A stretch of 57,121 bases of DNA, from assembly GCA_011620345.1 (NCBI GenBank), contig WOZJ01000060.1, forward strand, positions 1 to 57,121. The letters are read 5' to 3'. Shown here in pieces: positions 38,360 to 48,378 of this stretch (positions are counted from its first letter, which is position 1; each line of letters begins with the position of its first letter). A program made the translations under genes and the position numbers. The stretch comes from Nitrospirota bacterium. GTDB lineage: Bacteria; UBA2233. The notes below the pieces were generated by a model that saw nothing but the letters and a program-made list of their open reading frames with translations, was not told the DNA's origin and did not search any database.

Positions 38360-39091
38360 ATGGGTGTAGTCAAAGACGAGGTGTTCAAGGAGCCAAAGGG
38401 CCGCTTGAGCGATTTTGTGTTCGATGAGGAGGTAGTAAGGGTTTTCGACGACATGGTCGATCGCTCGGTTCCCTATTACGCCGAGATCCAGCGGATGATC
38501 ACGGAGCTTACGCATGCCTTTGTCAAGGACGGAACGCGCGTCTACGACCTAGGCTGCTCGACGGGAACGGCGCTTTCGCTCATTTCCAGGGGGCTAGACA
38601 AGGATGTCGAGCTTGTTGGGGTGGATTCATCGGCCCCGATGCTCGAGGAGTGCCGGCAAAAGCTCGTCAAGTCCGGGATGGATAGGCCCTTCCAGCTCTT
38701 CGAAGCGGACCTTTCCATGCCGTTTCAAATCGAAAACGCCTCCGTCGTGCTGCTTGTGCTCACGCTGCAATTTCTTCGCCCCCTTTACAGGCCTTCGCTC
38801 CTCAAGGCGATCTACGACGGGCTCGCCAAAGGCGGGGCTTTGCTGCTCGTAGAGAAGGTGCTATCCGCGGATGCGGGCTTGAACCGGCTTTTCATCCGTT
38901 TTTACTACGACTACAAAAGACGCGTTGGTTACGACGAGCTCGAAATTTCTCAAAAGCGGGAGGCCTTAGAGAACGTGCTTGTCCCATACAGGCCCGAGGA
39001 GAACGTCGAGCTCTTAAAGGAAGCGGGCTTTCAAACGATCGAGACGTTCTTTCGCTGGTATAACTTCATGGGTTTCGTGGCCGTCAAATGA
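38360..39091 (+). CDS. cmoA: Carboxy-S-adenosyl-L-methionine synthase
   Basis: DFVFDEEVVRVFDDMVDRSVPYY, YDLGCSTG, TLQF, EISQKREALENVL, WYNF. Confidence 0.9.
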   Translation: MGVVKDEVFKEPKGRLSDFVFDEEVVRVFDDMVDRSVPYYAEIQRMITELTHAFVKDGTRVYDLGCSTGTALSLISRGLDKDVELVGVDSSAPMLEECRQKLVKSGMDRPFQLFEADLSMPFQIENASVVLLVLTLQFLRPLYRPSLLKAIYDGLAKGGALLLVEKVLSADAGLNRLFIRFYYDYKRRVGYDELEISQKREALENVLVPYRPEENVELLKEAGFQTIETFFRWYNFMGFVAVK

Positions 39092-39810
39092 GCTCGATGA
39101 TTCCGATAGGCCGGTTCTTCTTCCGGTTCCGAAACGCGCTGTTCCCCGTGTTCTTTTTTGCGCTTGCGCTGCCCTGGCCGCCTATCGAAGCACACGCCGG
39201 CTCGAGGTGGCTCTACTGGGCAACCGGCTTAACGCTCATTCTCTTGGGCCAGTTGATTCGCGCTTTGACGATCGGGCTCGCCTATATCGTCCGCGGCGGC
39301 CGCCAAGGCCGAATTTACGCCAAAGGGCTCGTCAGCGAAGGCATTTACGCACACTGCCGAAACCCTATGTACTTGGGCAACATGCTGATAGTCCTTGGGT
39401 TTGCCTTTGTTGCCGATACATGGCCCTTTTATCTGATTGGCGTCCCGTTGTTTCTTTTGATTTATTTGAGCATTACCAAGGCCGAGGAAAGCTACCTCCT
39501 AAAAGAGTTCGGCGATGCCTACCGGGCGTACATGCGAAACGTTCCCCGATTCCTGCCAAGGCTAAAAGGGCTGATTTCCACGATCCGGAGCATGCAGTTT
39601 CGCTGGAAGAAGCTTGTGTCCTCAGAGTACGGAACAACGTTTGGCTGGATTGCCGGAGTCATTTTCTTGACGATGAAGAACGTCGTCATCGCTCAAGGTC
39701 TTTCTGGCGGGCTTTATGAGCTGCAAGGCTTGAGCATAGCCTTCGCCGCGTTCCTTTCGTTGTACTTGACCGCTAGGTACCTGAAGAAAACCGACAGGCT
39801 CAGGGGCTGA
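39088..39810 (+). CDS. ICMT/PEMT-family integral-membrane methyltransferase-like protein
   Basis: LVSEGIYAHCRNPMYLG, EESYLLKEFGDAYRAYMRNVPRFLP; multiple TM segments; ATGA overlap with cmoA. Confidence 0.88.
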   Translation: MSSMIPIGRFFFRFRNALFPVFFFALALPWPPIEAHAGSRWLYWATGLTLILLGQLIRALTIGLAYIVRGGRQGRIYAKGLVSEGIYAHCRNPMYLGNMLIVLGFAFVADTWPFYLIGVPLFLLIYLSITKAEESYLLKEFGDAYRAYMRNVPRFLPRLKGLISTIRSMQFRWKKLVSSEYGTTFGWIAGVIFLTMKNVVIAQGLSGGLYELQGLSIAFAAFLSLYLTARYLKKTDRLRG

Positions 39811-39812
39811 TC

Positions 39813-40529
39813 GTGGCCCGGGGCCTTTTCATTGCCGGTACGGATACTGGCGTAGGCAAGACGCTCGTTACGGCCGCGCTCGGGCTTGCCTTGAGAGCCC
39901 AGAGCATTCGAGCGGGCGCGATGAAGCCTATCGAGACGGGCATCGTTTGCGAGCCCATGCCCGATAGTCTACGGCTAAAAAGCATCCTAGGGCTTAAAGA
40001 GCCGATCGAAGCCTTAAGCCCCTACCGGTTTGCAGATCCGCTAGCCCCGGCCGTTGCCGCTTACCTGGAAGGACGTAATCTCGAGCTGGCCGTTGTAGCC
40101 GAGGCTTTTGAAGCCCTCCTGTCCGCCTACGAGCTCATTTTGGTGGAAGGGGTAGGGGGGCTTTTGGTTCCGTTGGCGCCTGGGATTTTCGTATCCGACC
40201 TGATCGCGTTTTTGGGTTTGGACGTGCTGCTTGTCGCAAGAAAGGGCCTCGGGACGATTAACCACACGCTGCTTAGCTTGGGAGCGCTCGAGGCCAAGGG
40301 GCTTCGTTGCGTAGGGGTCGTGCTGAACGATACCGAAGGCAAAGGCGGGCTTGCCGAATCGACGAACCCGAAGGCGATTCAAGGGCTGATTGGCGTGCCT
40401 TTGCTCGGCGTGTTTCCTTACCTTTCTGAAAAAGAGCGCGAGGATGTAGAAAGCCTCAAGAAAGCGGCGATTCAAAGCCTCGATATAAAGACGCTCCTTT
40501 CGGGCGCCCTGCCTGAATCGCCTAATTAA
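39813..40529 (+). CDS. bioD: Dethiobiotin synthase
   Basis: GTDTGVGKT, KPIETG, VEGVGG, LGTINHTLL. Confidence 0.95.
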   Translation: MARGLFIAGTDTGVGKTLVTAALGLALRAQSIRAGAMKPIETGIVCEPMPDSLRLKSILGLKEPIEALSPYRFADPLAPAVAAYLEGRNLELAVVAEAFEALLSAYELILVEGVGGLLVPLAPGIFVSDLIAFLGLDVLLVARKGLGTINHTLLSLGALEAKGLRCVGVVLNDTEGKGGLAESTNPKAIQGLIGVPLLGVFPYLSEKEREDVESLKKAAIQSLDIKTLLSGALPESPN

Positions 40530-42103
40530 GCCGACGAAGCTTTCCCGGTGCTCGTCTCGAAGCGGTACTGCAACGCCTCCAGTAGGTGCTTGGGGGCGAT
40601 GATGCCTTCTCCTTCGAGGTCGGCGATCGTCCTAGCGACCCGAAGCACCTTGTGCAAGCCTCTCATGGAGATCCCGAATCGCTCGAACGCACGCTCTAAG
40701 AGCGCTTTGGACTTGGACTCGAGCCTTGCATGCTGTTTGAGCTGGGCGGGCGAAAGCCGGGCATTCGTTCGGAGGGCCTGGTTTGCGTAACGTTCGGCCT
40801 GGATTTTCCTCGCTTGCAGGACGCGCTCGAGAATTGCTTTGTCTTGTCCGCCTTGCGCGTCCTCTTGTGCATCGCTTTGGGCCGTAAGCTCTTTGAGGCT
40901 CACGGGAGGGACGAAGACTTGAAGGTCGATCCGATCGAGGATCGGCCCGGAAACCCTCGAGCGGTACCTGGACAGTAGCGCCGGGGTGCAGGTGCATGGC
41001 TTGCTCGGGTGTCCCAGAAAACCGCATGGGCATGGGTTCATGGCGGCGACAAGCAGGATGCGGGCGGGGTAGCGAACGCTCGCCTGGGCCCGGACGATGT
41101 CGATCGTCCCCTCTTCGAGGGGCTGACGGAGCGCTTCCAGCGCGCTTCGCTTGAACTCTGGAAATTCGTCTAAAAATAATATACCGTTATGCGCTAGACT
41201 GATCTCGCCGGGCCTTGGGGGGTTCCCCCCGCCGGTCAGGCCGACATCGGAGATGGTAGTGTGGGGCGAACGAAAAGGTCGTTCGGTAAGAAGGCCGGCT
41301 TCTTTGGGGAGCTTGCCCGCGACCGAGTATATCTTGGTCGTCTCGATCGCCTCTGTTTCGTCCAATGGCGGAAGCAGCGAGGGCATGCACTTGGCAAGGA
41401 GCGTTTTTCCGGCACCCGGCGGGCCTTCCAAAAGTAGGTTATGCCCGCCCGCGGCGGCGATCAAAAGCGCCCTTTTGGCGAACTCTTGCCCGACAACCTG
41501 GCCTAGGGTCAATAGGGCACTTCTGGCGTTGTCCTGCCGGGTTTGGACTTCCCGCTCGTAGAAGGGCATGGGAGCGGACTCTTGAAGCCAACCAACGACG
41601 CCTGCCAAGTGCTTGACGAACAGCGCGCGAAAGCCGCCCACGGCGAGAGCCTCGGCACGGTTGTCGTAAGGGAGGACAAAGCTCGAGAACCCGAGCGCTT
41701 TTGCGGAGGCAACTATGGGCAGAACGCCCGGGACGGGAAGCACCCGGCCGTCCAAGGCAAGCTCGCCCAAAAACACGACGCTTTCTTCGGGCGCCTTTTT
41801 GAGCATCCCCCCGAGCAGGATGCTCACGGCGATGGGCAGGTCGTAGCCCGTACCGTCTTTCTTGACGTCGGCGGGGGCCAGGTTTACCGTGATGCGTTTT
41901 AAGGGAAACCGGCCGATTGTGGCCTGGATGGCCGATCGAACCCTTTCCCTCGATTCCCGGATGGCCGTATCTGGCAGGCCTACAAGGCTAAAGGCGGGCA
42001 GGCCGGGTGTCAGGTCGGCCTGGACTTCGATAGGAGTGGCCTCTACCCCTTTTAGGCAAAACGCGTGCGCAAGGGCCGCACTGCCTAGATGAGCGTCAGC
42101 CAC
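40526..42103 (-). CDS. comM: YifB/ComM Mg-chelatase-like AAA+ ATPase
   Basis: VGLPD.AIRESRERV, NLAPAD, GPPGAGKT, RPFRSPH, FLDEFPEF, NPCPCG; GTG start at 42103 inferred. Confidence 0.9.
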   Translation of the reverse strand: MADAHLGSAALAHAFCLKGVEATPIEVQADLTPGLPAFSLVGLPDTAIRESRERVRSAIQATIGRFPLKRITVNLAPADVKKDGTGYDLPIAVSILLGGMLKKAPEESVVFLGELALDGRVLPVPGVLPIVASAKALGFSSFVLPYDNRAEALAVGGFRALFVKHLAGVVGWLQESAPMPFYEREVQTRQDNARSALLTLGQVVGQEFAKRALLIAAAGGHNLLLEGPPGAGKTLLAKCMPSLLPPLDETEAIETTKIYSVAGKLPKEAGLLTERPFRSPHTTISDVGLTGGGNPPRPGEISLAHNGILFLDEFPEFKRSALEALRQPLEEGTIDIVRAQASVRYPARILLVAAMNPCPCGFLGHPSKPCTCTPALLSRYRSRVSGPILDRIDLQVFVPPVSLKELTAQSDAQEDAQGGQDKAILERVLQARKIQAERYANQALRTNARLSPAQLKQHARLESKSKALLERAFERFGISMRGLHKVLRVARTIADLEGEGIIAPKHLLEALQYRFETSTGKASSA

Positions 42104-43002
42104 CCCTTGTATCGCTCTATTTTGGCCTGGACCACGTCGTGGAAACGTTCGGACAAAAAGCGGGTAACCTTTCCCACCTCGCCGTTTCCAACCCTGCGGC
42201 CGTCTAGCTCCCTTACGGGCGTGACCTCGGCCGCCGTCCCGCAAAGGAACATCTCGTCTGCAATATAGAGCTCGTCCCTGGTAAGCCGCTCTTCCTTGAT
42301 CGTAAAGCCGGCCTCCTTGGCGATCGCCATGATCGAATCCCGCGTGATGCCCGGAAGGACCCCCATGAGGGGAGGTGTTTTTAAGACGCCTTCGCGAACG
42401 ATGAACGCGTTCTCTCCCGAGGCTTCCGCCACGAACCCCTCGACATCCAGCATGAGCGCCTCGTCAAACCCGTGCTTGATGGCCTCCCACTTGGCCAGGA
42501 CAGAGTTCACGTACTGGCCGCAAACCTTGGCTTTCGTCATCGAGGCGTTGACGTGCTGGCGGACGAACGTGGAGGTCATGAGCCTTGCGCCCAGGTTCTT
42601 GCCCTCCTGGCCCAAATAAGCCCCCCATTTCCACGTTGAAATGGCTACGCTGACGGGGTTTTGCTCGGCGTAAATCCCCATGACGCCCTCGTCCAAGAAC
42701 ACGAGGTGCCGGATGTAGCCCTCTTCGAAGGCGTTTTGCCGAACAAGCTCCAGCGTGGCCCCCGTTATTTCGGTTGAGGGGTAGGGGATATTGAGCCCCA
42801 CGATGTGGGCCGAGGCGTAGAGCCGCTTGATATGATCCGCGAGCCGGAAGATGGCGGTGTGGCCGTCTACGGTTTTGTAATAACGAACCCCCTCGAACAC
42901 GCCTAGCCCGTAATGGAGGGTATGCGCATGCAACGAAACCTTAGCTTCGTGCCATGGAATGAAGCTACCGTTTAGCCATACGCTGGACCCGTTCTCCTGC
43001 AT
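42085..43002 (-). CDS. ilvE: Branched-chain amino acid aminotransferase
   Basis: LHYGLGVFEG, AKVCGQY, GFDEALMLD, LPGITR, GTAAEVTP. Confidence 0.95.
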   Translation of the reverse strand: MQENGSSVWLNGSFIPWHEAKVSLHAHTLHYGLGVFEGVRYYKTVDGHTAIFRLADHIKRLYASAHIVGLNIPYPSTEITGATLELVRQNAFEEGYIRHLVFLDEGVMGIYAEQNPVSVAISTWKWGAYLGQEGKNLGARLMTSTFVRQHVNASMTKAKVCGQYVNSVLAKWEAIKHGFDEALMLDVEGFVAEASGENAFIVREGVLKTPPLMGVLPGITRDSIMAIAKEAGFTIKEERLTRDELYIADEMFLCGTAAEVTPVRELDGRRVGNGEVGKVTRFLSERFHDVVQAKIERYKGWLTLI

Positions 43003-43006
43003 GTAC

Positions 43007-46000
43007 CTATCCTTTTGTTGTCGTACGGCCGAATTGTTTGCCAGATTCCCCAGATTTTAGCATGTTTTTAGAAAGACCCCAAGATGCCCGCCAGCGCCGA
43101 ACGTCAGGTTCTCCGTCCTGGAGGTGTCTTTGAAGAAGTAGGGTATAGCGATCGTAAAGCGCCCTTGCACGCCTCGTGAGGGCAAGGAGGCTCGATTTCG
43201 CGCCCTGTTTTGCAAAGCTGGCCTCATGGCCAAGCCGCTGCATGATGGAGGCCATGAGCTCGTGAAACCTGGGATCTTCGAAGTCTACGTTTTCGACGTC
43301 CACGTCGTGAATGAGCCGAACCCGGTTCTCGAGCATCCTTAGAAAGCGGTAATGGTTGGCAAGGAACCCGGCGTCTTCTTTGCTCATAAGCTCGAACGAC
43401 TCCAGCAAGCAGATCCCCTCGAGCGTGGAGTGAGCCCTAAGCCCTTGGTTTCCTGCACCGAAAGCGAGCAAGATCCATACAACGAGGAATTCCGCATCAA
43501 GCAGGCCCCCCTTGCCCCATTTGATGTGGAACCCCTTTTGGCCGTTGTAATCGGGGCTTACGAGTTCTGTCTCCATCCTTGAGCGCATGCGAAGCCCTTG
43601 CTTCAGCTCTTCAGAGTCAAGCGGGCGCGACCAAAGGAGTTCGTCAAAAAGCGGTGCGATACGCCCTTGGATCACTTCGGGCTTGCCGAACACGGGCCTT
43701 GCCTTGAACATGGACATCCTTTCGAACACCCCGGCCTCTTTCCGGTTGAACTCCGCAAACCGTGCAATCGAGCTCACCAGGGCTCCATGCCTGCCGCGTG
43801 GCCGAAGTCGCGTGTCAACCCGGTAGAGATAGCCCCCCCTTCCGGTGGTTGTCAACGCCCTTAGTATGCGCTGGCCTAGCCTTGTGACGAACGCCGTGAA
43901 TGCCTCCTGATCCCCGACGTCTTCTGGCTCGTCGAACAAAAAGAGCATGTCGATGTCGGATCCGTATCCCATTTCTTGAGAGCCAAGGGTTCCCGTAGCG
44001 ACGGCGAAGAACGGGACGTCTCCGGTTTTGGTCGGGAATGGGTAGCGCCTTTGCATTTCTTGAATGCAAAGGCGGCTTGTTTGGACAAGGCAGATCTCGG
44101 CCACCTCGGAATTGAGCCTCAGCACGTCCTCGATCGGAAGCTCGGATAGCAAGTCGAGCAGCGCGATGCGAAGCGTTGCAGTGTTCTTGAAGCTCCTTAG
44201 CGCCTCCATGGCGTCTTCAAAATCCTCTGCGGAGGCGAGCTCCTGCTCCGCCATTTCCTCGAGCGCGCCACGATCGAGGGGTTTTCGCGGGTCTTCGGTA
44301 ACGAGCGATTCGAGCACGGCGGGGTTCTTCAGCACGAAATGCGAAAGGTACGACGAAGACCCAAAAAGCATGATCAAAAGCTCCAGAAGCTTGGGGTGTT
44401 CCTTAAACAAGGCGTAGTAGCTGGCCCTGCCTCCGATCTGCGCGAAGAACTGCTCGGTGTGGATGAGCGCGAGCTCCGGGATTGGCGACTTTAAAATGCC
44501 GTCGATCGTCTTGGGAAGAATCTGCGCAAGCAGGCCGCCGGCGCGCTGGGTTAGCTGGCGCTTGGATGCCCCTTCGCGCAAAGTGGAGAATCGTCTTAGC
44601 GCATCCTCGGGGTTGCTGAACCCCTTGGTCTTGAGGAACTCTTCGATGCCTTCCGGTTGTGTCCCTAACGCCAAAGCCATTGCCTCCTTAAGGAGGCCCT
44701 CTTCAAGCTCGGGGCTCGTCTTGGCGAAAATTCCGAGGAATATGTCGTGTACCGTGCCCATCGCCTCGTTTAGCGAGGCCTTGAGGTTCGGAACGCGCTC
44801 TACAGGGAGCTTGGGGAAGGCAAACCGCACAACCTGGGTGATGGGTTCCGGGGCGAGCGGAAGCGCGTGTGTCTGGAGGCCTTCTTTAAGCTGGAGCGTG
44901 TGCTCGAGCCTTCTTAGTAGCGTGTAGGCCTGTGTGAGCTTAAAGGCGTCCAGCTCGCCGATCAGGTTGAACGTTTTGAGCGCCCCGATGGAGAGGAGCG
45001 TCATTTTCTGGCGGAGCCTAGGGTTTTTTCCGCCGTGCACGACGCTTAGCGTTTGGACGATGAACTCCACCTCCCGGATGCCCCCATGAGCAAGCTTGAG
45101 CTCCAGCATGCCGGGTTTTTTCGGCACTTCGGCGTCGATTCTCGCCTTAATATGGCCGATATCTTGAATGGTGGTGTAGTCGAGCGTTTTTCTGTAAACG
45201 AACGGCTCAAGCGCATGCAAAAGCCTCTGCCCGAACGCCCTGTCTCCCGCCGCGGGGCTCATCTTGGACAGGGCTAGTCTTTCCCATGTTTGCCCCCACG
45301 ATTCGTAGCTGATCTCGAGCGAGCGAAGCGAGTTGACAAGAGGTCCCTTCGTCCCCTCGGGTCGAAGGCGGGTGTCTACGCGGTAGACAAACCCGTCCTC
45401 GGTGTACTCGCCCAGGTAACCTAAGATACCCTTGGCCAGGAGTGTGAAGAACTCGTGAGGCGTGTGTCCGGATGCGCTCAGGCCCTCGTCCGTTTCGTAC
45501 GCGAACAAGATGTCTATGTCGCTGTGGTAGTTGAGCTCCCTTGCGCCTAGCTTTCCAAGCCCCATCACGCAGAAGGCTATTTCTTCTCCAAGCCCATCGC
45601 CGTTTTTTTTCCTTGGGTAGCCTATCCTGGGTGCAAGGTCTTTTCTGGAGAGCTCGAGCGCGGCGTCCAGCAGGACCTCCGCCAGCCTCGAAAGGAACAG
45701 CATCGTCCGTTCGAGCCCGATCGAGCGGTTGTAATCGAGGATGGCGATCTTTAGGAACGCCTTGTCTTTGGAATGTCTAAGGACCTTGAGGCGGGCTTGC
45801 CGGTCCATCCCTTCTTGGTTCAGCGCCTGCATGAGGTCTTGCTCGAACAGAACCGGGTCAAAGGGCGACTTGCGGAACCTGGCGTAAGCATCCGGGTCGG
45901 CCAACATCCGCGTCTCTTTGAGAAGCAGCCCTCCCAAGTAAGGGCTGTAGGCGAAAAACGCGGGGATCTCGGCGTGCCCCCGTTCGAGATGGGCCTCGAG

Positions 46001-46144
46001 TGTGCCTTTGGGGAGGGCTTCGAGGAGGCGGCCGAGCAAAAACGTGCCTTGGCCTTCCTGGCAGACTCCGGCCAAGAAACGCCTGAGGCGGGCCTTCGTG
46101 AAGTCCGTAATGTCGAGTGAAAGGAGCATCTCCAGCAGAGTCAT
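43007..46144 (-). CDS. glnE: Bifunctional glutamine synthetase adenylyltransferase/deadenylylase
   Basis: Two nucleotidyltransferase domains (GKLGARELNYHSDID, GSQEMGYGSDID), two YRVDTRLRP motifs, GGIREVEF. Confidence 0.93.
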   Translation of the reverse strand: MTLLEMLLSLDITDFTKARLRRFLAGVCQEGQGTFLLGRLLEALPKGTLEAHLERGHAEIPAFFAYSPYLGGLLLKETRMLADPDAYARFRKSPFDPVLFEQDLMQALNQEGMDRQARLKVLRHSKDKAFLKIAILDYNRSIGLERTMLFLSRLAEVLLDAALELSRKDLAPRIGYPRKKNGDGLGEEIAFCVMGLGKLGARELNYHSDIDILFAYETDEGLSASGHTPHEFFTLLAKGILGYLGEYTEDGFVYRVDTRLRPEGTKGPLVNSLRSLEISYESWGQTWERLALSKMSPAAGDRAFGQRLLHALEPFVYRKTLDYTTIQDIGHIKARIDAEVPKKPGMLELKLAHGGIREVEFIVQTLSVVHGGKNPRLRQKMTLLSIGALKTFNLIGELDAFKLTQAYTLLRRLEHTLQLKEGLQTHALPLAPEPITQVVRFAFPKLPVERVPNLKASLNEAMGTVHDIFLGIFAKTSPELEEGLLKEAMALALGTQPEGIEEFLKTKGFSNPEDALRRFSTLREGASKRQLTQRAGGLLAQILPKTIDGILKSPIPELALIHTEQFFAQIGGRASYYALFKEHPKLLELLIMLFGSSSYLSHFVLKNPAVLESLVTEDPRKPLDRGALEEMAEQELASAEDFEDAMEALRSFKNTATLRIALLDLLSELPIEDVLRLNSEVAEICLVQTSRLCIQEMQRRYPFPTKTGDVPFFAVATGTLGSQEMGYGSDIDMLFLFDEPEDVGDQEAFTAFVTRLGQRILRALTTTGRGGYLYRVDTRLRPRGRHGALVSSIARFAEFNRKEAGVFERMSMFKARPVFGKPEVIQGRIAPLFDELLWSRPLDSEELKQGLRMRSRMETELVSPDYNGQKGFHIKWGKGGLLDAEFLVVWILLAFGAGNQGLRAHSTLEGICLLESFELMSKEDAGFLANHYRFLRMLENRVRLIHDVDVENVDFEDPRFHELMASIMQRLGHEASFAKQGAKSSLLALTRRARALYDRYTLLLQRHLQDGEPDVRRWRASWGLSKNMLKSGESGKQFGRTTTKG

Positions 46145-47166
46145 GCCGAAAGGCTGCCCAAAAACGGCGGGTGAACCACGCCTTGCTCCGTGACGAACGC
46201 GCGGATCAATCCCGCCGGGGTCACATCGAAGGCAGGGTTAAAGGCCCTAGCGCCGGAAGGAGCGACACGCGTGCCCGAGAACATTAACACCTCCGCCTCG
46301 TTTCTTTCCTCGATCGGGATTTCCAAGCCGTTTTCAATGTCGGGGTCGATCGTGCTAGTGGGCGCAAGCACGAAGAACGGGACGGCATGGACGGCGCAGA
46401 GCCTGGCCAGCATGAGCGTCCCGACTTTGTTCGCCGTATCCCCGTTTTTTGCGATCCTGTCCGCGCCGACGAGGACTGCATCTACCTTGCCAGCCTCCAA
46501 AAGGCTCGCTGCCGCGCTGTCTGCGATGACCCTGTATGGGATGCCAAGCGAGGAAAGCTCGAATGCGGTAAGCCTAGAGCCTTGGAGGAGCGGCCTTGTT
46601 TCGTCTACGTAGACTTCTTTGACATTGCCTTGGGCGAACGCCTCTTTGATCGCACCCAAGGCCGTCCCAGGCCCAGGGACGGCGAGCGAGCCTGTGTTGC
46701 AATGCGTGAGCACGCGTGCCCCAGTGGGGATCAGCCCCGCCCCAAATCGCGCGATGGCTTCGCTCCTTTGGGTTTCTTCACGAAAGAGCGCTAGTGCCCG
46801 AGCGTTGAGCCGCTCTTGGACGCCCTTCAAGCTCAAACCCTCCCGGAGGGCCTCTTGAAAGGCGTCTTCCATCGCCTGCAGGGCGAAAAATAGGTTCTTC
46901 GCGGTGGGCCTGGAGGACTGGATTTGCTGTTTGGCGTTTTGGAAGGCCTGTTCAAGGCTTTCGTCCTCGCGCAGGTCTCTAAGAGAAAGCGCCATGCCGA
47001 ACGCGGCGGTGACTCCGATCATCGGAGCGCCCCGGACGGCCATCGCATGGATTGCCCAGGCGGCCTCTTTTGGTGTCTTGAGCGTGAGGTAGCTGGTCTG
47101 CTGGGGGAGCGCGCGCTGATCCAACAGGCGGATTGCGTTGCCGTCAAAAGCGATCGCTTCAAACAT
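46141..47166 (-). CDS. mtnA: Methylthioribose-1-phosphate isomerase
   Basis: LLDQRALP, VRGAP, RPTA, THCNTG, ETRPLLQG, NKVGT, NPAFDVTP. Confidence 0.93.
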   Translation of the reverse strand: MFEAIAFDGNAIRLLDQRALPQQTSYLTLKTPKEAAWAIHAMAVRGAPMIGVTAAFGMALSLRDLREDESLEQAFQNAKQQIQSSRPTAKNLFFALQAMEDAFQEALREGLSLKGVQERLNARALALFREETQRSEAIARFGAGLIPTGARVLTHCNTGSLAVPGPGTALGAIKEAFAQGNVKEVYVDETRPLLQGSRLTAFELSSLGIPYRVIADSAAASLLEAGKVDAVLVGADRIAKNGDTANKVGTLMLARLCAVHAVPFFVLAPTSTIDPDIENGLEIPIEERNEAEVLMFSGTRVAPSGARAFNPAFDVTPAGLIRAFVTEQGVVHPPFLGSLSA

Positions 47167-47176
47167 GTAATCCTCC

Positions 47177-48346
47177 TTAAAGCCCAAGCCTGCCTTGGAA
47201 GCGCTCGATCCCCTGTCGTACGAACGCCGGGCGCTCCTTGAGTGGCCTCGCTTGGGTTAAGCGCTTGCCCCCTTCCAGCACCTTCTCGAGCAAGTTTTGG
47301 CGTTCCCCATGGCACGACGGGCAGGGCGGAAAGGGGAGGCGTTTGGGTATGGTTTCGCGCAACAGGCATTCGGGGCAAAAAAGCAGCGCCTTGGCGCCGG
47401 ATTCTTTTCCCCGCTTGGCTAGCGGCTCACCGTCCACCTCGACGATATCCATGGAGAAGTCAAACGGCCTGGAGCTTGCGATCTCGCTGCCCACGCCGAA
47501 GACGTCCACGATCGGAGAAAGGCCCGACAGGTCGTCTTCCTTCAATCCACCACTCAAGAAGAGTTTGATGCGGGAAAATCCCCTTAGGTTCAGCTCCCAG
47601 CGCACCTCCTGGATCAACAGCGCAATGTCCCCCCGCCTCGAGCCCGGCGTATCCAGCCGCATGCCGTAAAGCCTGTCTTTGAGAGCCTCGGCGATCCTTA
47701 TCGCCTCGAACTTTTCGTCTTGAAAGGTGTCGATCAAAACGACCCTGGGCACGTCTTTGGGAATTAGTTCGTCGAAGGCCATTGCCGCTTCGAGCGTATC
47801 CTTGAACACGAGGATGAGCGCGTGCGGCATGGTTCCTTGCGGCGTGAGGCCCAGCTGCTTTGCCGATAAGCTCACGCTGATCCCCGTGCAACCGCCCAGG
47901 TAGGCGGCGTAATCGATCATCGGGGCGATGGCCGGGTGCATCCGCCGGGCGCCAAAATGGACGATGGGCCTTCCCATCGCCTTCTTTACGCAGCGGGCCG
48001 CCTTCGTGGCAATGCCCGACGCCTGGGAGAGCACGCCCAAAAGGGCCGTCTCGAGCCTGCCGAAGCTCAAATAAGGCCCCTCGAGGACGAGGACGGGCTC
48101 GCGCTCAAAGAACACCGACCCCTCTGGAAGCGCTTCCACGTCGGCATCGACCCCCGCAAGAAGCTCTAACGCCTCCTCCATGCCCGCCAGGACCCCGAAC
48201 GTGCCGTAAGGGAAGTGCTTCAAAAACACCTCCGCCCTAGTGCGGGGGTTGAGCCCCTTTGCCTTCAAAATGGCCTCGGTCCGTTCAAAATAGACGTCCG
48301 TCACCGCCCCAGAGCGGATTTCCTCAAAAGACAAGACAGTGCGCAT
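47177..48346 (-). CDS. pncB: Nicotinate phosphoribosyltransferase
   Basis: TDVYF, SGIATKAAR, FGARRMHP, GTMPHAL, RLDTPGSRRG, SGG. Confidence 0.85.
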   Translation of the reverse strand: MRTVLSFEEIRSGAVTDVYFERTEAILKAKGLNPRTRAEVFLKHFPYGTFGVLAGMEEALELLAGVDADVEALPEGSVFFEREPVLVLEGPYLSFGRLETALLGVLSQASGIATKAARCVKKAMGRPIVHFGARRMHPAIAPMIDYAAYLGGCTGISVSLSAKQLGLTPQGTMPHALILVFKDTLEAAMAFDELIPKDVPRVVLIDTFQDEKFEAIRIAEALKDRLYGMRLDTPGSRRGDIALLIQEVRWELNLRGFSRIKLFLSGGLKEDDLSGLSPIVDVFGVGSEIASSRPFDFSMDIVEVDGEPLAKRGKESGAKALLFCPECLLRETIPKRLPFPPCPSCHGERQNLLEKVLEGGKRLTQARPLKERPAFVRQGIERFQGRLGL

Positions 48347-48378
48347 CGTTGAAGCCCTTTTTTGGCAGTAGGTCAATG

